Positions 58,001 through 64,000 of a DNA stretch of 64,000 bases are shown here, piece by piece. Each line of letters begins with the position of its first letter. The first letter of the stretch is position 1. The stretch is from a virus (taxonomy: Duplodnaviria; Caudoviricetes), in IMG/VR virus record IMGVR_UViG_3300033487_000003, positions 1 through 64,000 of that record; one strand, written 5' to 3'. The translations under genes were made by a program, and so were the position numbers. The notes under the pieces were generated by a model. That model had not been told where the DNA came from and made no database searches. It was given only the letters and a program-made list of their open reading frames with translations.

Positions 58001-58593
58001 ATTCGGTTCGCGAAAAAATCGGTGCCGTCACGGATTTTGTTCGCGGACTTCCTGGTCGGATCATCGCAGCTGTAGGTAATCTTGGAAGTCTTTTGTACAA
58101 TGCTGGTCAGAATGTGATCAATGGCCTTATCGATGGTATAGCGTCACGAATAGGGGCATTGCGAGACAAGATGGCATCGGCTGCCCAGTCGATCAGAGAC
58201 CATCTGCCATTCTCACCCGCGCGGATCGGCCCACTGTCAGGACGGGGAGATCCCACCCTGTCCGGCGGTAAGATCATGACGATGATCGCGGGGGGTATGG
58301 ATTCGAAGATTCCAGAGATCCTGTCCTCGATTGGATCGATAGCGGGTGCCATCTCTACCGGGCTGGCAACTTCTGGATCCATGGGGATGGCCCCGGTGTC
58401 TGACGTGCTTGGCGTGTCCCGTACCGCGCTGGCCGTCGCTAGTCCTGGTGGCGTTGGTGTCCCGGGTGCTGAAAGGACGACGCTCACCTATCAGATCACG
58501 GTCAACAGCCTTGACTCACGAGGGGCCGCCACCGCTGTCGTGGACGCGATCAAGGAGTACGAGCGACGTAATGGTAAAGGCTGGCGCACATGA
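55015..58593 (+). CDS. tape measure protein (TP901-type core)
   Basis: T.FSA.EAA.A...LA.AG, AGTALR..L.RL, W-periodic helical repeats, SPA..GPLSG.G. Confidence 0.92.
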   Translation: MAKTGEASILAVADVSKFAAQLQKDLNSAIAGIKLNADNLGKQISQGVKEGVDQANTELRRLGDQSGQTTNIITANSTRAGQSMAAAFSRVGSEMSGIGEQMSMFVSLPLAAAGAASARAAGNFEQMMNRVKAATEATGPVFEQLRQQAIDLGATTAFSATEAAGAMQILATAGFNTTQIMEAVPAVLDMAAAGAVDLATAAEIGSDILNGFGFEAKDLSKVNDVLARTFMATATNLVDLGNSFKYVGPIAKGVGLSFEETSAAIGLMGNAGIKGDMAGTALRGALSRLMSPTKDVTEVLTKLGISLTDSSGKMLPLVDIMRRLENSGASTADMLKLFGQEAGPGMMALLTQGSGALANLTTQLRNSGGTADKVAKTQMQGLNAQLDNLSGAVETLMIAIGDAGLLAVLTRVATKMTDLVGSMAQTSPVVLNVVTVIGALLAAAGPLLFITGKIAEAIGFLLPWIKKFGTAFKAFGTGAMAFFATPAGWVVLAIAAIVAAMVIAYKYSDKFRAFAQRAFVAVGNAGKWLWESALQPAFKGIVKGMQLLRQRVGQLWTVVRPIFTGLGRVLMAAWSGQIRPVLQGWAAGFVSAGARIRAFWISSVVPAIGAIVGWFRVLANVIRTWWAGNGDAVFSAARGVMTQVGGMIATIWSGVIAVFRAVGAVVGWVFTNVVIPVVKAVIAVIKLLIDVIIALKPVWIIIGAVIAVAVGVIIAVVRVLWAAFVWAFNAIAAVVQWLWGSVIKPVFSLLGVLIQGVAAVIQWLWTSVISPVVMLIATAIGVLGSVLIWLWSNVVVPVWNAIGAVISFVWTSIIMPVFNALRTAVGAVVAVFQWLWNTFSPVFAAIGNLMWTIWSGIISIVFDLIKVGFAVIWGVIQVWWTGFKMVLNALGAVFTWLWGVISPVFAAIGAVFVWLWNVAKMAIDGVGMTFAWLWGVVSPVISMISSALSWLWGVIVTIFNAVVMFVRSAITQIVTAANGVTAFVNAISGHFQAVVNSVREKIGAVTDFVRGLPGRIIAAVGNLGSLLYNAGQNVINGLIDGIASRIGALRDKMASAAQSIRDHLPFSPARIGPLSGRGDPTLSGGKIMTMIAGGMDSKIPEILSSIGSIAGAISTGLATSGSMGMAPVSDVLGVSRTALAVASPGGVGVPGAERTTLTYQITVNSLDSRGAATAVVDAIKEYERRNGKGWRT

Positions 58594-59957
58594 CATTGGT
58601 TCTGTTCGAGGACGCGTGTGAACCCGGGGTAGAGCTGATCGTAGAGCTAGGTCTGATGACTCCGACCAGTTCGTCTGCGATCTGGGACGTGTCTCTGTGG
58701 GACTCGGCGATATGGGGTACCGGCCCGGATCGAACGGATGTTTCTGCCTATGTTAGGTCGTTTGAGACGGATAGGTCTTTTTCGTCCGATATGAGAACAT
58801 GGAATGCCGGATCTGTTCGAATAGTGCTAGATAATCCTGACGGTAGATTCAGTCCGGACAACCTGGAACCAGGCGCACCTTATGTCGCCGCCGGATTAAG
58901 TGGTATGAGACCAGGTTGTCATATCTGGATATCAATGGTGTACAACGGAACAACCTATCCCATATTTTTTGGATACGTGACAGACCTCGACGAGGGATGG
59001 GCTCTGCACGGAATCAGCCCCAGCGACTGCAACACGAGCGACCCAGAACTCCTTGAACGAACCGGCGACGCCATCATGACGATCGTTGGAGTTGACGACT
59101 GGGGACGGCTGGCACGCCAGAAGAAGCAACTTCCCGTAGCACCAATCGGCGCTGGGGACACCTTTGGACAGCGGGTCTCACGAATTCTGTCCGCAGCCGG
59201 CTATACCGGGCCGGTGACCCTTGGTCTAGGTGTCATCACATGTCAGGACACCGATCTTTCTACTGAGGTGGTCACAGAGCTCAACAAGGTTGCGCAAAGC
59301 GAGGGTGGGGCCATCTGGGACAATGTAGAAAATATTGTCGCCAAAGGTAGATACTCACTCATTGAGGAACCAAGATCGTCAACCGTGCAGGTTGCCTACG
59401 GGGACAACCCAGATGCCGGAGAGATCATGTGGTCCGACATAAGTGTCGCTCCGGTCAGTGACGAAAAGATAATCAATCACGCCGTCTACGCACGATCGGG
59501 TGGAACACCTCAGGAATACAGAGATGCTACGAGCACGGTCCTGTACGGGGTGTGTGATGACGATAGTCAACCCACTGATCTGATCTGCGAAACTGATGCG
59601 CAGGTAGCGGGTTTGGCGCAGTGGAGAGTAATAGTCGGTAAGGACCCCGAAGCACGCATCGAATACATAGAGCTGAAACCACGGTGTGATCTTGCTTTGC
59701 TGGCGCCTCTGGTTCTGGAGACACAGATACGTGATCTCGTATCGGTAAGAGTCAGACCACCATCAGCTCAACATCACTACATGTATCGAGAATGCTTCAT
59801 ATCAGGAATAATTTTTACTGTGGCACAAAATGATTGGACGGTAAGATTCGGTCTCTCTACCGCAACCGCATATCGCATCTACAGCAACAGTAAATGGGGA
59901 TCGGGAACATGGGGCGCCAATGATACCGATCAGACAGCGGCGAGGTGGTTCGTGTGA
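58590..59957 (+). CDS. minor tail protein (distal tail/hub-like)
   Basis: follows the TMP; WD.S.WD, L.N.DGRFSP, F.GYV..W.., IN...Y, LE..I.D.V.V. Confidence 0.7.
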   Translation: MTLVLFEDACEPGVELIVELGLMTPTSSSAIWDVSLWDSAIWGTGPDRTDVSAYVRSFETDRSFSSDMRTWNAGSVRIVLDNPDGRFSPDNLEPGAPYVAAGLSGMRPGCHIWISMVYNGTTYPIFFGYVTDLDEGWALHGISPSDCNTSDPELLERTGDAIMTIVGVDDWGRLARQKKQLPVAPIGAGDTFGQRVSRILSAAGYTGPVTLGLGVITCQDTDLSTEVVTELNKVAQSEGGAIWDNVENIVAKGRYSLIEEPRSSTVQVAYGDNPDAGEIMWSDISVAPVSDEKIINHAVYARSGGTPQEYRDATSTVLYGVCDDDSQPTDLICETDAQVAGLAQWRVIVGKDPEARIEYIELKPRCDLALLAPLVLETQIRDLVSVRVRPPSAQHHYMYRECFISGIIFTVAQNDWTVRFGLSTATAYRIYSNSKWGSGTWGANDTDQTAARWFV

Positions 59958-60298
59958 GTGATGAGTTAGGACGAGAGTTTCTTACGCCGGACATAGTAGT
60001 GTGGATTCATCCCATAAACACTACTGCACATCCGTCTTATCGTCCCGGATACCGCTGGGCGGTACACGCTGGCGGGAAAGCTCCATCAGACCTTCGATTC
60101 TGTTGCAATGCCGGACGTGAGGACACGTTGACGGAAGCACGGATCGTTGGGGAGTCGCATGGGGTCGCGGCGTGCAAGGCGACAAGAATACTGGGTGTAA
60201 GCGCGCGATATTTTGTGCGCGAAATCGGATGGGATCCCATACCGTCAGCAGCCGATGATATTCCACATGAAATATGGAAGGAGGGACCCTTGCCATGA
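59954..60298 (+). CDS. hypothetical protein inserted between tail genes
   Basis: GTGA and ATGA overlaps at both ends. Confidence 0.5.
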   Translation: MSDELGREFLTPDIVVWIHPINTTAHPSYRPGYRWAVHAGGKAPSDLRFCCNAGREDTLTEARIVGESHGVAACKATRILGVSARYFVREIGWDPIPSAADDIPHEIWKEGPLP

Positions 60299-60960
60299 GT
60301 CTCATATCTGATGTGGTGGCGGGAACGGTCATCACGGTGTCGTGGGGGAACGCTATTCGCGATCAGGTGATCGCGACGTTTCCAGACGAGGCGACCAGGG
60401 ACGGAAGTCTTGCCGCTACCGCCGGAAGATATGCGGATGTCGCAAGTATAAACTCTCTGACGCGAGGTAATGGCGCGACATGGGATATTGTGGCGTCGAA
60501 AAATCTGTTCGCTAGTCTTTCGGCAAGTGCTGCGGGCATATCGAACAATACTGTTCTTGCCAGTATCGCGGGTCTTTCCATTCCAGTTTTGGCTAATCGT
60601 GTATATCAGCTCTATGCGGATATTCTGTACGATGCAGCTGGTGGAGCTGGTGCGGCACAGATGAAAGCCGGATGGTCTGGACCGGCAGGAGCGACCATGG
60701 TATGGGACAACCTGGGTCCTGTGGTCAATGGTCCTGCCGGAGTCTCCGCAACTCCAACGTTTGACGTGTCTGCCATAACCGACGCGCGAAGCTTTGGTGC
60801 TGCCGGAGTAGGAACTCCGGTACACGTCATCATCAACGGACGACTTGTCGTAGCCGGAACAGCTGGAAATCTGGCTTTCCAGGCCGCACAGGTCGTATCA
60901 TCGGCCAATGTTACGACGATTCGTGTAGGCTCGTACATGAGTCTTGTCATGCTGGCATAG
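60295..60960 (+). CDS. minor tail / fibre-like protein
   Basis: G.VI..SWGNAIRDQV N-terminus; C-terminal GTAG...FQ.AQ..S...T.I..GSY domain. Confidence 0.7.
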   Translation: MSLISDVVAGTVITVSWGNAIRDQVIATFPDEATRDGSLAATAGRYADVASINSLTRGNGATWDIVASKNLFASLSASAAGISNNTVLASIAGLSIPVLANRVYQLYADILYDAAGGAGAAQMKAGWSGPAGATMVWDNLGPVVNGPAGVSATPTFDVSAITDARSFGAAGVGTPVHVIINGRLVVAGTAGNLAFQAAQVVSSANVTTIRVGSYMSLVMLA

Positions 60961-60969
60961 ACTAGCTCC

Positions 60970-62124
60970 ATGCTGCTGAAGAGAATGTGCTACGCCGTGG
61001 TACTTGCCACGGCGATGGCAACAACAGTGATGTTCTGTACGACACCCGAATTTGGTGCTAGTGCTGACACGCCGATGCCTCCCGTTTCAGGCGTTACCCT
61101 GTCTGGGCTCGACGCGCACGACGGAACCATCTACCAGGACGATTCCACGCTTTACCTGGTTGGCACACGGTACGGATGTGGCTACGAATGGCAAAACGCG
61201 AATTCGCCATTCTGCGGTTTTGGGGCGTGGGAATCAACGTCTGGAATAGGTGGTCCGTGGACGTACCGTGGGCTGCTGTTCGACCCGACCGGTATGAACA
61301 CGACTCGGAACGAGCCGTGGAAGACCACGTGTAACACCGGCGGCAACGGATGTTTCAACCCCCGAATGGTCCAACGCCATGACGGGGTTTGGGTGCTCTA
61401 CTTCAACGCCCCCGCCGAGACGATCCGGGGCCGCGACGAGGCGTACTACGTGATGGGCTGCAACGGTCCTACCGGGCCGTGTGGTGCGTCAGCTGGTGCT
61501 CCGCACGGGTCGACGCGTCAGTTGCCAATGGGTGCCTGCAACATGGGAGGCGATTTTTCGATCATTGTCGATGGAGCCACCGCCTATCTGGCGTGCTCGT
61601 CCGGATCGATAACAATCGAACAGCTAGATTACTGGTGGACCACGGGTATCGCGAATCAGGTGACTGGCGCTGGTGCGGTACGCAATGTCTCGTACCTGAG
61701 CAATGCGGAGGCCCCAGGATTTTTCAAGGCCCCGGACGGCATGTGGGTGATGACGTACGGGGATCCGATGTGCGGCTACTGCGCTGGCACCGGGACGGCG
61801 TACTCGGTTGCACAGACTGCTATGGGCAATCCCACGCCGGCTACCAGCCCGCTGGGGGTGTGGCTGCCACCTGCGAACGTCGGGTGGGCCGCTCCGAGCA
61901 GCGGCCGACGCAGTATCTCTGGCACCTCCTGTGGTGGTCAGCCGCGTACCGTCGTCAGCGTTGACGGCCAGCCCTACCAGTGGATCGACCTCTGGTACGG
62001 ATCCGCCAACGAGACCAACGCCAGCGTGCGCCTGGAGCCGATCGTGCTGACCGGACAGGCATGGCGCGCACCGGCTGACGGTCAGGTTTGGCGCGGCGCC
62101 ATCCGCGCCTTCACCTGCGAGTAG
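60970..62124 (+). CDS. secreted GH43-like five-bladed beta-propeller glycosidase
   Basis: signal peptide; AHDG, NPRM, GDFS..VD and EAP motifs; Cys-rich. Confidence 0.65.
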   Translation: MLLKRMCYAVVLATAMATTVMFCTTPEFGASADTPMPPVSGVTLSGLDAHDGTIYQDDSTLYLVGTRYGCGYEWQNANSPFCGFGAWESTSGIGGPWTYRGLLFDPTGMNTTRNEPWKTTCNTGGNGCFNPRMVQRHDGVWVLYFNAPAETIRGRDEAYYVMGCNGPTGPCGASAGAPHGSTRQLPMGACNMGGDFSIIVDGATAYLACSSGSITIEQLDYWWTTGIANQVTGAGAVRNVSYLSNAEAPGFFKAPDGMWVMTYGDPMCGYCAGTGTAYSVAQTAMGNPTPATSPLGVWLPPANVGWAAPSSGRRSISGTSCGGQPRTVVSVDGQPYQWIDLWYGSANETNASVRLEPIVLTGQAWRAPADGQVWRGAIRAFTCE

Positions 62125-62134
62125 GGGGGGACGT

Positions 62135-62941
62135 ATGAGCTGGAGAGTCGCACGCAGTCTTGAGGTTCTACGCGATCAGATCAACGCTGCGTACCCGGGT
62201 CGGAATACGGCGTCGGATGGCACGATCGGGGACGCCGCCCACCAGGCCAGCGTCAGTGATCACAACCCGGACGCTGGCGGGGTGGTCCGCGCGTTGGACA
62301 TCACCCACGACCTGGACAGCGGGTGTGACATCGACCGGCTTACCGACGAGCTGGTCGCGAGTCGTGATCCTCGGATCTCGTACCTGATCGCCAATGGCCT
62401 GATCACGGGACCGGACTACGGATGGGTATGGGATTCCTACGATGGATCGGATCCCCACACCAATCACTTCCATCTGTCGGTGGTGGGAGATGGGCGCGCG
62501 GACGATCCCCGTCCGTGGGATATCGCAACTGCCGTGAGCGTTCCGGGAAAGGATGATCGAGAAATGCGTACTTTGATGCGGTATAAGGGTAGTCCGCACG
62601 TTTTCCTCACCGATGGTCTGATCGCCCGATGGATCAGGAATGAGGCAGAAATAGCCGATCTCCGCACACTCGGCGCGGATGGGTCCATCCGTCTCGGCAA
62701 CGGCGGTCAGGTGCGGATCGTCACCCGTGAGGAGTTGATCGGTCGCATCATCGGCCCTGTACCCGCTGAGTGGGAGGACTACGCCGATAGTCCCGTGACC
62801 ATCACCGATCAACAGCTCTTCGTGCTCGCTGCGGAGGTCGCAAAGGTACTGGGTGCGCGGATGGATGATGTGGACGGCATGGTCGGTCGGATTGTCTCCG
62901 CCCTCGTGGCGGCGGGTAATGCCGCTGGGACAGTGGAGTGA
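62135..62941 (+). CDS. endolysin (M15-like Zn peptidase type)
   Basis: L..LR.Q.N...P.R...SDG.IGD..H...SDHNP...V.ALDIT...H..H.H.S. Confidence 0.8.
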   Translation: MSWRVARSLEVLRDQINAAYPGRNTASDGTIGDAAHQASVSDHNPDAGGVVRALDITHDLDSGCDIDRLTDELVASRDPRISYLIANGLITGPDYGWVWDSYDGSDPHTNHFHLSVVGDGRADDPRPWDIATAVSVPGKDDREMRTLMRYKGSPHVFLTDGLIARWIRNEAEIADLRTLGADGSIRLGNGGQVRIVTREELIGRIIGPVPAEWEDYADSPVTITDQQLFVLAAEVAKVLGARMDDVDGMVGRIVSALVAAGNAAGTVE

Positions 62942-63189
62942 TCAAAGGCGGCTGGAAGTCGATCGTGTTCCTCGGAGCCATCGGTGCCGTCCTGGGATGG
63001 GAGATTTTCGCGTCCTGGGACGGCGACGAGACTTCCTCACCGTTGACCGATCTGATAGTGACCTACGTACCGGCTGAGGTCACCACGGTGATACTGGGTG
63101 GGCTGATCGTATGGCTACCGGTACATTTCGCGATTCGGTACTACAGGAAGACCCGAAGACAGCGGGACGATGACGTGGGCGGATCGTGA
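62938..63189 (+). CDS. putative holin
   Basis: two TM helices, basic C-terminus, overlaps the endolysin stop. Confidence 0.55.
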   Translation: MIKGGWKSIVFLGAIGAVLGWEIFASWDGDETSSPLTDLIVTYVPAEVTTVILGGLIVWLPVHFAIRYYRKTRRQRDDDVGGS

Positions 63190-63227
63190 TTCGTGATTTG
63201 TGAAGTTTGATCAATTTCATGGTGAGT

Positions 63228-63268
63228 ACAGTTCGAAGGTCCGGCATGGTGTCGGACCTTCGAACTGT
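63228..63268 (+). terminator. hairpin after the lysis genes
   Basis: ACAGTTCGAAGGTCCG/CGGACCTTCGAACTGT. Confidence 0.7.
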
Positions 63269-63285
63269 CAGGGGAGAATGTGACC

Positions 63286-63552
63286 ATGGCAAAATTCTTC
63301 GAGCGATTCGAGGATCGGCATCCCTCCGTTACTGGCGTGCTCCGATTCCTGGAGTTCGAGCACCTCGGGAATCCTGCGGCCCACGCGCTGTCGCGTGAGT
63401 TCGCGCGACTGGCTGAGCTACTACTTGAGGTGCTTCCTGACGATCCGGAGCTGAGCGCGACACTTCGTAAGCTCCGCGAGGCCAAAGACTGTGCGGTTGG
63501 ATTGGTGGCTGTGGTGGATAAGTCTCGGGTGGAGAAGGACAGCGATGCTTGA
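63286..63552 (+). CDS. small helical phage protein (possible Acb2/Tad1-hairpin-like fold)
   Basis: RHP....L.F.F.HL....S..F..LA.....LP..PE....LRKL.EAKDCAV; GGGGAG SD. Confidence 0.65.
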   Translation: MAKFFERFEDRHPSVTGVLRFLEFEHLGNPAAHALSREFARLAELLLEVLPDDPELSATLRKLREAKDCAVGLVAVVDKSRVEKDSDA

Positions 63553-63961
63553 TGATCTTGTTGTGTGGTTGAAATTCCAGCTGGCCAGGGAAGAAGCCAT
63601 GGCCAGGGATGCGGGAGACGGAGACGCCGGACGCTGGAATTTCGAGACTGATAGTGGTGGTGGATGTGCGCAGATACGCAATGGCGTTGGGGACGTCGTT
63701 GTGTATGGCGAGGGCAATGCGACTGATGAAGAAGCCGCCCATATCGCATATCATGATCCACTTTTTGTCAGCAGTGATATTTCGGCCAAAAGACGAATCA
63801 TCATCCGCTGTCTGGAGGTGATCGAGACGGCGAGTGACCATCACACCGTCGAGTCGTGTGACGAGGATGATGCAGTCCTCGCCGAGGCCGTGCTCCGGGC
63901 ACTCGCGTCGGCCTACGCTGATCGTCCCGGATATCGCGAGAAGTGGAGGCCGTGGTGTTGA
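63545..63961 (+). CDS. DUF6221-like protein
   Basis: DDLV.WL..QL..EE..A, A.HIA.HDP..V..DI.AKR.I, LA..YADRPGY.E.WRP. Confidence 0.75.
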   Translation: MLDDLVVWLKFQLAREEAMARDAGDGDAGRWNFETDSGGGCAQIRNGVGDVVVYGEGNATDEEAAHIAYHDPLFVSSDISAKRRIIIRCLEVIETASDHHTVESCDEDDAVLAEAVLRALASAYADRPGYREKWRPWC

Positions 63962-64000
63962 TGACCTGGTGGTGGCGCCGTGGAGACGTACATAATGCTA

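Overview
A roughly 64 kb segment of a high-GC actinobacterial tailed phage (siphovirus type) with a head module resembling mycobacteriophage cluster B (Rosebush-like separate hexamer and pentamer capsid proteins). No integrase, polymerase, primase, tRNA or CRISPR array is visible in the window. Order: exonuclease plus Gp3-like recombination genes (0.4-2.5 kb); a long accessory region of small genes organised as cassettes, each headed by a palindromic, mostly leaderless promoter element (3.5-15 kb and 19-24.5 kb); terminase small subunit, ParB-like gene and two tandem TGT/DpdA-like transglycosylases (15.3-18.7 kb); a secreted double-rubrerythrin moron; queC-queD-queE-folE (preQ0 pathway, 24.8-27.3 kb); terminase large subunit, portal, MuF-like protein and prohead protease; a cluster of six glycosyltransferases and two nucleotide-sugar enzymes inserted directly before the capsid genes (36.7-43.4 kb); capsid, tail and tape-measure genes; a secreted GH43-like glycosidase, endolysin and holin. 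Best candidates for new biology: (1) a large virion-glycosylation operon, with the capsid and tail-tube proteins ending in Ser/Thr, alongside a 7-deazaguanine DNA-modification system with two transglycosylase paralogues; (2) a promoter-hairpin gene-cassette system showing several recombination scars. All family assignments come from motif recognition by eye; no searches were run.
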